This document shows positions 9,745 through 18,855 of a stretch of DNA of 64,000 nucleotides, one piece after another (the stretch's first letter is position 1; every line of letters begins with the position of its first letter). The notes beneath the pieces are model-generated. The model made no database searches. It was not told where the DNA came from and worked only from the letters and a program-made list of their open reading frames with translations. The position numbers and the translations under genes are program-made. The stretch covers positions 20,188-84,187 of the forward strand of contig CADCHO010000003.1 in assembly GCA_902801255.1 (NCBI GenBank), in the 5' to 3' direction. The stretch comes from an uncultured Eubacteriales bacterium (GTDB lineage Bacteria; Bacillota; Clostridia; Peptostreptococcales; Anaerovoracaceae).

Positions 9745-10805
9745 TACCTTTCTCCTCCAGTAATAAACTCTTCTATCTGTTTATCCATCACAGCGCGTAT
9801 GTTTTCTCCATTGACCCATGCTTTACTCCATTCTACTGTTTTCTCAATTGCTGTCTCCAAATCCCAATGTGGCTTCCAGCCAAATGTTGATTTTAACTTT
9901 GAGCAATCCAGTTTTAAGAAGTTTGCCTCATGCGGACCTCCGTCATATTTATTGACCCATTTAAGACCCTCTCCCCAATGTTTTACAAACAAGTCTACCA
10001 GCGCACCGGTCTGGAAGCAATCCTTGTCATCGGGACCGACATTGTACCAGGATGCATATTTATGGTCACTGTACTGCATTGCAACAATCATAAGATATGC
10101 ATAAACAGGTTCAAGCACATGTTGGTAAGGTCTCGTCGAAAACGGATTTCTCACCGTTATATCTTCACCTCTGATTGCTGCCCTGACGCAGTCGGGTATT
10201 ATTCTGTCATTGGCAAAGTCTCCGCCGCCTATAACATTGCCTGCTCTTGCAGTAGATACTGCTACTCTGTCATCAGTAAAAAAGCTATTTTTATAACTGT
10301 GCGTCACGAGTTCAGAGCATGATTTTGAATTCGAGTACGGGTCGTAGCCATCCAGTGGTTCATTCTCCCTATATCCCCATTCCCATTCCCTATTTTCATA
10401 CACTTTGTCTGTCGTGACATTCAGGAATGATTTTACAGATGAGGTTTGTCTGACCGCCTCGCAGATATTTACCGTACCCATCACATTAGTACTGTAAGTT
10501 CCTACCGGATCTTTATAGCTGTCTCTGACTATTGGCTGAGCAGCCATATGGATAACGATTTCCGGCTGATACTCATGGAAAACATCCATCAGATGCTGTA
10601 GATCTCTAACATCGCCCTTGATATGTGTGATCTGGTCTTTTACTCCGCATAAATCAAATAGCCGGATTTGTTCCTTGCTGCAACTGGAATAACCAATCAC
10701 TTCAGCTCCCGCATTTACGAGCATTATAGACATCCACGTACCTTTAAATCCCGTGTGTCCTGTCAGAAGCACTTTCTTGTCTTTATAAAAGCTAATAATA
10801 CTCAT
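9744..10805 (-). CDS. rfbG: CDP-glucose 4,6-dehydratase
   Basis: LLTGHTGFKGTWMS.., YSNSK. Start trimmed to ATG 10805 (ATGA overlap with the rfbF stop). Shares 1 nt (TAATG) with the rfbH start at 9744. Confidence 0.9.
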   Translation of the reverse strand: MSIISFYKDKKVLLTGHTGFKGTWMSIMLVNAGAEVIGYSSCSKEQIRLFDLCGVKDQITHIKGDVRDLQHLMDVFHEYQPEIVIHMAAQPIVRDSYKDPVGTYSTNVMGTVNICEAVRQTSSVKSFLNVTTDKVYENREWEWGYRENEPLDGYDPYSNSKSCSELVTHSYKNSFFTDDRVAVSTARAGNVIGGGDFANDRIIPDCVRAAIRGEDITVRNPFSTRPYQHVLEPVYAYLMIVAMQYSDHKYASWYNVGPDDKDCFQTGALVDLFVKHWGEGLKWVNKYDGGPHEANFLKLDCSKLKSTFGWKPHWDLETAIEKTVEWSKAWVNGENIRAVMDKQIEEFITGGER

Positions 10806-11581
10806 TTCCATACCTTCCACGGGGCTTTGCCTGTATTCCAATAATTCTCCAATTTTTGTTTTTCTCTAAGCGTATCCATACATTGCCAAAACCCTTGGTG
10901 TATGTAGCCCATCAATTCTTTTTTTTCAACTAATCGATTCAGAGGGGCTTTTTCAAAAGGCGTATCATCTCCGTCTATCAATTCGAATATAGCAGGCTCC
11001 ATAACCATAAACCCAATGTTGATCAAATCTCCATCAGTATCTGACTTTTCTCTGAAAGCATTAATAAGACCTCCGTCTCCAACTTCCACTACTCCCTTAT
11101 TCTGTCCAAAGTTGTACATGCTCATTGTTCCGGTTTTGCCATGAGATTTATGAAACTGTAATAGTTCATTTATATTAACGTCAGCTACACCATCGCCGTA
11201 AGTTAACATGAATGTTTCGTCCCCTACATAATCTTTGATTCTTTTTATTCTTCCACCCGTTTGTGTATTGAGTCCAGTATCTATTATAGTAACTTTCCAT
11301 GGCTCAATATGTTTATTATGGACGATCATCTCACCCTCTCCGGTAGTGTAATCAAAGGTGATATCTGAAGTATGAAGGAAATAGTCAGAAAACCATTCTT
11401 TGATAACATGTTGTTTGTATCCTGCGCAGATTATGAACTCATTGAATCCATAATAACTATATAATTTCATTATATGCCATAGTATTGGCATTTCTCCTAT
11501 TTCAATCATTGGTTTCGGTTTAAGAGCTGATTCCTCAGTAATACGAGTCCCCAGACCGCCTGCTAATAACACGGTTTTCAT
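10802..11581 (-). CDS. rfbF: Glucose-1-phosphate cytidylyltransferase
   Basis: 259 aa. MKTVLLAGGLGTRI..KPKPMIEIGEMPILWHIMK, typical RfbF. Confidence 0.9.
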   Translation of the reverse strand: MKTVLLAGGLGTRITEESALKPKPMIEIGEMPILWHIMKLYSYYGFNEFIICAGYKQHVIKEWFSDYFLHTSDITFDYTTGEGEMIVHNKHIEPWKVTIIDTGLNTQTGGRIKRIKDYVGDETFMLTYGDGVADVNINELLQFHKSHGKTGTMSMYNFGQNKGVVEVGDGGLINAFREKSDTDGDLINIGFMVMEPAIFELIDGDDTPFEKAPLNRLVEKKELMGYIHQGFWQCMDTLREKQKLENYWNTGKAPWKVWK

Positions 11582-11634
11582 ATTTGGTCATCTCCTTATA
11601 TGCAAAGTTTTTCAGTATTGATCAATTGTTGATT

Positions 11635-12591
11635 TTATTTTTTTAAATATTTTTCAACTATAAATCTTGGCCTGTGTTTTGATTCCAAATAAATTTTACC
11701 TACATATTCTCCTACAATACCTATTGCCAGGAGTTCGAGTCCTCCTATGGCCCAGATTGAAAGAATCAAAGTTGTCCATCCCTTTACCACCTCATGTCCA
11801 AGCAAATAGGAAATTAAATAATACAGGAGCAATATAATGCTTGCAAAAAATATGATTATACCTAAACTTGTTATTAATCGAATCGGCTTAACGCTTAATG
11901 ATGTTATTCCATCAACAGCAAAAGCAATCATCTTTTTAAGAGGATATTTTGATTCGCCTGCAAAGCGTTCGTTACGTTCATATTCGACAACGTCTGTCTG
12001 AAAACCAATCATTGGAACAATTCCACGGAGAAACAAGTTTACTTCCTTGAATCCATCCAACTCTGCAATTGCCCTTGCGCTCATCAAACGATAGTCTGCA
12101 TGATTATAGACAATATTTACTCCCATTCCATTCATAAGCTTATAAAAGCCTTCTGCAGTAGTTTTCTTAAACCATGTATCTTTTTTTCTTGCACTTCTGA
12201 CCCCATAAACGATGTCGCACCCTGCAGTATATTTTTCAATAAACTGATCCAGTACTTCTATATCATCCTGTAGATCTGCATCCATGGAGATAACTACATC
12301 ACAGTCATTTTTTACCGTTATAAGGCCTTCTAGCAAAGTGTTCTGATGGCCTCTGTTTCTTGATGATTTTATCCCTAATACCAAAGGATTGTTTCCATAC
12401 ATTTCTTCAATGATTGTCCAGGTTTTGTCCTTTGAACCATCATCAACAAACACGATTCTACTGTCTTCAGAGATAATCTTTTCCGAAATCATCCGGTTTA
12501 GTTTGTCAGATAAGCGCTTTTCTGTTTCAGGAAGAACCTCTTCCTCATTGTAGCATGGTATTACTACATATAGTTTTGGAACTAATTGCAT
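11635..12591 (-). CDS. Polyprenyl-phosphate glycosyltransferase (GtrB/CsbB/ArnC-like GT2 with two C-terminal TM helices)
   Basis: 318 aa. VVIPCYNEEEVL, DDGSKD, DADLQDD, and a C-terminal hydrophobic pair. Confidence 0.85.
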   Translation of the reverse strand: MQLVPKLYVVIPCYNEEEVLPETEKRLSDKLNRMISEKIISEDSRIVFVDDGSKDKTWTIIEEMYGNNPLVLGIKSSRNRGHQNTLLEGLITVKNDCDVVISMDADLQDDIEVLDQFIEKYTAGCDIVYGVRSARKKDTWFKKTTAEGFYKLMNGMGVNIVYNHADYRLMSARAIAELDGFKEVNLFLRGIVPMIGFQTDVVEYERNERFAGESKYPLKKMIAFAVDGITSLSVKPIRLITSLGIIIFFASIILLLYYLISYLLGHEVVKGWTTLILSIWAIGGLELLAIGIVGEYVGKIYLESKHRPRFIVEKYLKK

Positions 12592-12648
12592 TATTCTTAC
12601 CTCTATATCTTTGTCCTTTCAGGTTTGTTTTTCACAGATGTTATTGTA

Positions 12649-14400
12649 TCACTCAAAATCATAATATAGCCATCTCCCGCTGCTTGATACAGCGGCCTCT
12701 ACTAAGCCATTTGCCTCAAAATCATTTGTCATTATTTGCAGTTCATAGTCAGAATAGCCCATGCTATCTACATATACTCCACTAAAGCCGTATTTTTTTA
12801 ATTCCCTTGCCAGATCAGGCATGTTCAAAGTTGCAATTTTTTCATTAATTGAATATGATTTCTCCCCTGCGAATGAGCCATAACTCCATCTCAAATTATC
12901 AGAATAAAGATATGGTAAAAGCAGCGCATCGGGATACATTCTATTAATATAGCCACTGGAAGGATAGTTATTAAATGGAAACTGATAAATTAACGAACCT
13001 TCATTCTCTATCTCTTCTATTCTGCTTACAAAGGTCTTCATTTCTATACCCTGCAATTTTGCCTCTTCATTGTTAAACCGCTCTTGATTCCATTGAGATA
13101 GAAAACATAAGACAAAGCATATTAACCCCACTAGAATTAATCGACTATATTGGCGGCGCTTTCCTCTATTGTCCCTGATTACTACATCAAAGACAGTACA
13201 AATCGTTAGAATGCATAAGAAGCAAATATAAACTGACATTCTATTTGTACATCTTGCTAGATCCATTACAAATAAGTATACAACTGTACCCAATCCGCCT
13301 ATCGTTGCGTATAAGATGCAAAAAATCGTAAGTAATGCTGCAGTCTTAACATCTTTATACTTGAAAGCATCTCTTGTTCCCCGTATTAGTACCACAGCCA
13401 TCATTACCACACCTATAACACCAACAAGGCCTAAGTATTCTGACACTTCGCTTTGTGCATAGGCTATTTCATAATACTCTTGCAACTTGTCATTTATAGC
13501 ACTGACACCTTCCATCTGTAGGGGAAAAAACAGTCTGAATATTTTTAACGAATATAATTCAGCATCCGTTATGCTTCTTATATTAGGTATGCTAATTGTT
13601 TTGTTTATAAGCCTGTTGAGTATATATGGAAGGATAGTTATAAGAAAGATCACAACAGTCATTACTCCCATTTTTAGCGATTGCCAGAATTCGAGTAACC
13701 TGTTATTCTTTATGGCCTTGCCTATTCCTGTTATTGCAATTAACAAGCATCCATAATAAAGGTAATACCCCATTCCTGAGTTTACCATTAGAATAATTAT
13801 TAATATGGTGATGATATTTTTTTTATTTTTAAAAAAACCTTTCCCTATTGCCAAATATTCTTCATCTTCGCCAATCCACAAGCAAAGAAGCACTTCCAGC
13901 GGAATTGAATATATCATTGAAAGCATTAAGTGTCCAATAGAACGATAGAAAACATAGAATTGCGTTTCATACAGAGCCGCTCCTGCTGCAGATAAATATG
14001 GGTGTATTTTTCTGGATGCCAAAACAAAATAACAAATCAATCCATTTAAAAAAAATGAACTTATAAATGTAAGATTAATTGCTTCTTCAATATTGTTAGT
14101 TATTTTGGCGAATATGTAAGCAAGAAAATGTACATCATTATCAAGATAGTAAGAAAGTGTTCCGCTACGATCAGTTCCGAAAACGCCTCCCAAGTATTCT
14201 GTTTTATAACCGATTCCACTATCTAAAAAGATTTTTATTTCAGACATAAAGGATGTTTCATCGCCACCTGAGTTATAAATCGCATAATGAATGTCAAATC
14301 CGCGCCCTCCAAATAGATAGATCGTTATTACACTCGAAAAAACCAATACAAGCAAGAATCCTATTAATAATCTTTTTTTGGTCACTTTAGTTGTATCCAT
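12649..14400 (-). CDS. Polytopic membrane protein, GT-C-like (candidate extracytoplasmic glycosyltransferase partner of GtrA/GtrB)
   Basis: 583 aa with many TM helices. Paralogous to the core of 3427..5814. Sandwiched between gtrB-like and gtrA-like genes. Confidence 0.7.
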   Translation of the reverse strand: MDTTKVTKKRLLIGFLLVLVFSSVITIYLFGGRGFDIHYAIYNSGGDETSFMSEIKIFLDSGIGYKTEYLGGVFGTDRSGTLSYYLDNDVHFLAYIFAKITNNIEEAINLTFISSFFLNGLICYFVLASRKIHPYLSAAGAALYETQFYVFYRSIGHLMLSMIYSIPLEVLLCLWIGEDEEYLAIGKGFFKNKKNIITILIIILMVNSGMGYYLYYGCLLIAITGIGKAIKNNRLLEFWQSLKMGVMTVVIFLITILPYILNRLINKTISIPNIRSITDAELYSLKIFRLFFPLQMEGVSAINDKLQEYYEIAYAQSEVSEYLGLVGVIGVVMMAVVLIRGTRDAFKYKDVKTAALLTIFCILYATIGGLGTVVYLFVMDLARCTNRMSVYICFLCILTICTVFDVVIRDNRGKRRQYSRLILVGLICFVLCFLSQWNQERFNNEEAKLQGIEMKTFVSRIEEIENEGSLIYQFPFNNYPSSGYINRMYPDALLLPYLYSDNLRWSYGSFAGEKSYSINEKIATLNMPDLARELKKYGFSGVYVDSMGYSDYELQIMTNDFEANGLVEAAVSSSGRWLYYDFE

Positions 14401-14449
14401 TTTCTAAACCTTTGATTAATCTGTTAATTCCCTTGTGCTGTCACGGGCG

Positions 14450-14914
14450 CTACTCTCTGAATGCCCACTTTTTATTAATAATAAAATTAATAGGTACGCT
14501 AAATAGGAGATTAATAATTGGTGCAATATATTTTGAAATGTGTAAAATATCAATCCATACAAATGAAAGTATGTTTGTCATTACTATTCCTGTAAAACCA
14601 TATGAAATATAGGTTTTTATCAATGTGGAAAAGATTTTTCGTTCCTCTCCTTCCTGAACCGTAAACACATATCTGTTATTCCAAAAGAAAGACCACAAAA
14701 CACTCAAAAAGAATGCTATTAGGTTTGCTGCAACATAGTCCCATGAAAGCTGGTATTTTTCAAGCATCTTTAGCGTAGCGATGTTTATACAATATCCAAC
14801 AACTGTATTTGAAACTCCAACTATTCCAAACTTAATAAATTGCACAATTGTTTTGTTTTTTTCGTCCATATGCGTTAATAACCGGTTCTTGAATCGCAAT
14901 TCAATCAAATGCAT
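14450..14914 (-). CDS. GtrA-family small membrane protein (candidate lipid-linked sugar flippase)
   Basis: 154 aa. FIKFGIVGVSNTVV.., FFWNNRYVF, INKKWAF. GGAGAGAG RBS before ATG 14914. Confidence 0.8.
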   Translation of the reverse strand: MHLIELRFKNRLLTHMDEKNKTIVQFIKFGIVGVSNTVVGYCINIATLKMLEKYQLSWDYVAANLIAFFLSVLWSFFWNNRYVFTVQEGEERKIFSTLIKTYISYGFTGIVMTNILSFVWIDILHISKYIAPIINLLFSVPINFIINKKWAFRE

Positions 14915-14948
14915 GGGGCTCTTCTCTCTCCATGCTCATCTGTACCCT

Positions 14949-16157
14949 CTACAAGCACTGATCTATGTCACCAAAGAACTTTTTATACTTTTCAATAATA
15001 ACGTCCCATGAAAAGCTTTTCTTTACAAAGTCTCTTCCGTTTATGCCCATTACTTCTGCTGCATCAGTATTATCAAGCAGATACTTCAATGCTCCTTCGA
15101 ACTCAAAATAGTCCTTGAACCAAAGACCTCCGTTGGATTCTTTACAGAAGTTTCTCGTAACGGCACATTGATCCGCTACCATAACAGGACGCTCCGCCAG
15201 CCAGCTCTCCATGATAACAAAGGAAAAGCTTTCGTGCTGCGAAGGCTGACATAGTACTTCTGCGGCTGCGTAGGCGTCATATTTATCCTGCCTGTCTACA
15301 AACCCCAGATCTCTGACATCGTTTCTGATTGAATCAGGGATCTCAACTGAACCTCCGCCTATCAGCACCAGACCGAGGTCGCTGTACTCAGGCATCCTTT
15401 TCTTAAACTCGCTGAAATACTGCAGCAAGGTATCAATATTCTTTCCTTTATCCTTTCTGCCTGCATACATTATGAAAGGATTTTCAATGTTGAATTTTTT
15501 ACGGAATCTTGCGGCATCACCTGTCTGATCGGTATTCATTCCGATCCCCATTACGATCTGTTTTATATCTTTGTGCAAAGGATAATTTGCAACCGTAAGA
15601 TCCCTTTCCGGTGCTGCATTGTACACCAGACCGGCTACCTTGGAAAATGTCTCTTTGAAATGCTCCATATAGAAATAGCTCTCATCATGAAAGCAAGGAA
15701 TCAGTATCGATTTCTCAGGGCATATCTGGCAGCCGTAGTATGTTGTCCCGAACATATACGGGACAAAGATGAAAGCTGAATAAGAGTCTTTGTTTTTCTC
15801 CATGTAAGCATACAGTCTGCTGCTGTTTGCCATGTTTTTGAGAAAGATCTCCTCTTCATCAATCGATATCGGAAGATTCCGCATCAGCTTTACATTAACA
15901 TCATTAAAAGCCTGCGTATCTCTGTGATCTGCCTTGAATCTGCGTACCAAAAGGTCTCCCTCCCTGTACTCGCCTTCCTTGTGGTAGTTTATATTCCAGT
16001 CGGAATTAAACTCCTTGATGCAGGTAGTCAGTATCTCAACGTCCATCCCTGCAGCAAGCAGATGCTTTGCGAGTTCTCTTGCCTCTTCCTCGGCTCCTCC
16101 CGGTATATTCATTCCGAACCACGGTGTAACGAAGGCTATAGTTTTCATATTGCTCAT
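14949..16157 (-). CDS. GT4 (family 1) glycosyltransferase
   Basis: The longest ORF starts at GTG 16202. Trimmed to ATG 16157 (MSNMKTIAFVTPWF), an ATGA overlap with the upstream stop. E-x7-E-like SQHESFSFVIMES. Confidence 0.8.
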   Translation of the reverse strand: MSNMKTIAFVTPWFGMNIPGGAEEEARELAKHLLAAGMDVEILTTCIKEFNSDWNINYHKEGEYREGDLLVRRFKADHRDTQAFNDVNVKLMRNLPISIDEEEIFLKNMANSSRLYAYMEKNKDSYSAFIFVPYMFGTTYYGCQICPEKSILIPCFHDESYFYMEHFKETFSKVAGLVYNAAPERDLTVANYPLHKDIKQIVMGIGMNTDQTGDAARFRKKFNIENPFIMYAGRKDKGKNIDTLLQYFSEFKKRMPEYSDLGLVLIGGGSVEIPDSIRNDVRDLGFVDRQDKYDAYAAAEVLCQPSQHESFSFVIMESWLAERPVMVADQCAVTRNFCKESNGGLWFKDYFEFEGALKYLLDNTDAAEVMGINGRDFVKKSFSWDVIIEKYKKFFGDIDQCL

Positions 16158-17320
16158 ATTCTTTCTATCAGATTTGTAAGTCTGTCGATAACAACGTTCC
16201 ACTTGTAGTTTTCGTCTACATATTTTCTTGCATTGGCCGTTATTGCTTCTCGCTCTTCTTCTTTTTCAAGAAGATAATTGACCTCAGCTTCAAACTCAAA
16301 ATAATTTGTATAATAAAGCGCTCCGTTGCTCTTGATACAGTGCCCTTTCAGCACTTCACATTTTCCGTTGACCAGTACGGGTGTTCCTACTGTCATGGCC
16401 TCAAGGACCACCATTGAAAGGCTCTCAAACTCTGACGGAAGCACTACCATTCTGGCTCCTGCCACCCCGTTTGTTTTGTCCTGTTCATCCAGGAATCCCA
16501 ATGCTACTATGCTGTCATCCTTAGGAATTTCGATAACAGGCTTTCCTATGAGCACAAGCTTTAGGTCTCCGCCATTGCGCTTTTTATATTCTTTAAAGTA
16601 TTTAAACAGAATATGACAGTTCTTGCCTTCGTCAATGCGTCCGACGTAAAGCAGATAATTGTCAAGATTGTATTTTTTCCGGAAGTCATCAGGATCTGTC
16701 TCACCCGGTTCTTCGATGCCTATACCACCGATATCATAAGGAATGTCTGTGTTGCCGAATTTTTTGTGTACGAAATTCTTTTCTTCTTCAGTATTAAAGA
16801 AGAAAGCACGCGGCATGTAGAACAGCCTCCTGATCATCTCCATTTTTAAGAAAGGCTCGTTATGAGCTTCAGGGATAAAAATGGCTTTATCAGCGACTTC
16901 CGGCAGTCCCTTAACAGTCGGATAAAACAGGTATGCAAAGAATATGAAAGCCTTGTAGTTATCTTTATTATCCTGTATATAACGGATCAGCTGCGGACAC
17001 AGCGGTCCTTGCTTGTCAAGCCACTCAGGTTCTTCATCAGGAGTGAGTCCTTCTCTGAGGAGCTTTCCGTTGATGGCATTAAACTCTCTTGCCTTTCTCT
17101 GTCTGTCGACACCAAAGCGATGGACTTTTACCCCGTTAATTACCTCTTCGTCCTGCTTGTATTCATTTTTCCATGACATGTAGTCAAGAGCCTTGGTTGT
17201 AACTACTTCAACGTCGTATTTACTCAATAAATGCTCGGCAAACAGACGGCACTGCAGCTCGGCCCCTCCGTTTACCTCAAGTCCGTATCGTTGAACAACA
17301 AGGCATATTCTGTCTTTCAT
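16154..17320 (-). CDS. GT4 glycosyltransferase (paralogue of 14949..16157)
   Basis: 388 aa. PSEFESLSMVVLEAM. ATGA overlap at 17317-17320. Confidence 0.85.
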   Translation of the reverse strand: MKDRICLVVQRYGLEVNGGAELQCRLFAEHLLSKYDVEVVTTKALDYMSWKNEYKQDEEVINGVKVHRFGVDRQRKAREFNAINGKLLREGLTPDEEPEWLDKQGPLCPQLIRYIQDNKDNYKAFIFFAYLFYPTVKGLPEVADKAIFIPEAHNEPFLKMEMIRRLFYMPRAFFFNTEEEKNFVHKKFGNTDIPYDIGGIGIEEPGETDPDDFRKKYNLDNYLLYVGRIDEGKNCHILFKYFKEYKKRNGGDLKLVLIGKPVIEIPKDDSIVALGFLDEQDKTNGVAGARMVVLPSEFESLSMVVLEAMTVGTPVLVNGKCEVLKGHCIKSNGALYYTNYFEFEAEVNYLLEKEEEREAITANARKYVDENYKWNVVIDRLTNLIERI

Positions 17321-18399
17321 TTGGTGCCCTCTATATAATCGCTCAGATATTTAAGGAACTGCTTTTCTATCACTTCATTATCAAAGTCTTTCAGTCGTTC
17401 TCTCTGTCCCTGCAGCAAAGCCTCTTTTACGTCTGCATGCTTCTGTAAATAATCTATAACGCCTGCAACTTCGAGAGGGTTTTTCTCCTTGATAAGGATG
17501 CCGCTTCCTCCCAATGTATAGGATATTGCCGAGCTGTCATACGCTATGATCGGTATGTCGAAAAACATTGCCTCAACCAGCGGAACACAGAAGCCTTCGT
17601 GTTCGCTCATGCAGATAAACGCATCTGCTATATGGTAGTATGCAAGGATCTCATCAAACCCGATATGTCCGGTAAAGATCACTTTGTCTTTCAGTCCCAG
17701 CTTTTCAGCAAACGAAGCCAGCTTATTATAGTAGATTTCTCTTTCGTCGAAATTTCCGACAAGGAACAACCTTGACTTTTCGTTGTAATTCTTCTGATAC
17801 TGATAGAAGGCTGCTATGATATCTTCATGGCACTTGTTTGGTGCGACACGTCCGGTAAACAGCAGGTTGGTATAACCGTCATCTGAGTATCTCTCAATAA
17901 CACCCTGATTCGGTTCCTGCTTGTAATCGTCGAACGGAATCAGTATCGGAAGCACGTCTATAGGGCATTTGTATCCGAGGTCTATCAGGTTCTGCTTGTT
18001 GAATTCCGAATCCGCAAGGCAATACTCTGCCTTGTCCGCCAGGAACTCAACGCCCTCTAAACCATATTTGCAGAGCTGCCATAGATTGTGGCTGTATCCT
18101 GAGAAGAATTCATATGGAGTTACATTATGATAAATTATCATCTTTCTTCCGTGGAAAGCCGGAAGTCTGAAGTTCAGCTCTGTGCCTACAGACAGATGAT
18201 AGATTATAACATCATCGTCCTTCAGCCTCGGCAGCTTTGAAATGCGGTGCGCCCTGCCCTGAGGAACTCTTGCTCCGATGTTTTCAGCATAGATCCCGGT
18301 CTCATAGCCTGCACCTCTTAATGCATTGTCCAGAGCCATAACATCATTGCCTACCGCATCTCCGTAGCTTAATGATGGCAGCATTTGAATAACTCGCAT
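17317..18399 (-). CDS. GT4 glycosyltransferase
   Basis: 360 aa. MSEHEGFCVPLVEAM motif. Confidence 0.85.
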   Translation of the reverse strand: MRVIQMLPSLSYGDAVGNDVMALDNALRGAGYETGIYAENIGARVPQGRAHRISKLPRLKDDDVIIYHLSVGTELNFRLPAFHGRKMIIYHNVTPYEFFSGYSHNLWQLCKYGLEGVEFLADKAEYCLADSEFNKQNLIDLGYKCPIDVLPILIPFDDYKQEPNQGVIERYSDDGYTNLLFTGRVAPNKCHEDIIAAFYQYQKNYNEKSRLFLVGNFDEREIYYNKLASFAEKLGLKDKVIFTGHIGFDEILAYYHIADAFICMSEHEGFCVPLVEAMFFDIPIIAYDSSAISYTLGGSGILIKEKNPLEVAGVIDYLQKHADVKEALLQGQRERLKDFDNEVIEKQFLKYLSDYIEGTK

Positions 18400-18402
18400 T
18401 GT

Positions 18403-18819
18403 CTATTCCTCCGCAGTCTTCTGGTTGTCTTTCAGTGATTTCAGCACATCTTCGTACTCTTCGATCAGTCGGTTCTGACTTTCAATGTAACCGAGCAGCT
18501 GTGCAAATGCCGATGCTACCTGCTGGTTGTAAAGGTTCTGTCCGTCTGACATAGGTGCGACAACAAAACCGACAAGCTTCCTGACTACCTTTTTGATGAA
18601 GCCCTTGACGCCTGTACCGATATTCTCCTGCTTCCATGGCACATATTTTGTTGCTTCCAGTGCGCCTACCATGTACCTGAATTCATCCGGGTTAAAATCA
18701 ACAGCACCAATATATGAAGCGTTGACGTCTCTGAATGACAGCATCTCCGGCGTGTACCCTTTATCGATAATATCCTGCCTTATCTCTGCCATTATTTCTT
18801 CAACGTTGATTTCCTTCAT
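18403..18819 (-). CDS. Hypothetical 138-aa soluble protein between wzt and the GT4 block
   Basis: Strong GGAGG RBS. MKEINVEEIMAEIRQDIIDKGYT.. with a helical, acidic C-terminus. I recognise no family. Confidence 0.6.
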   Translation of the reverse strand: MKEINVEEIMAEIRQDIIDKGYTPEMLSFRDVNASYIGAVDFNPDEFRYMVGALEATKYVPWKQENIGTGVKGFIKKVVRKLVGFVVAPMSDGQNLYNQQVASAFAQLLGYIESQNRLIEEYEDVLKSLKDNQKTAEE

Positions 18820-18855
18820 TGCTTTCCTCCTTCGACAGTTTTACCTACCTAAGAC

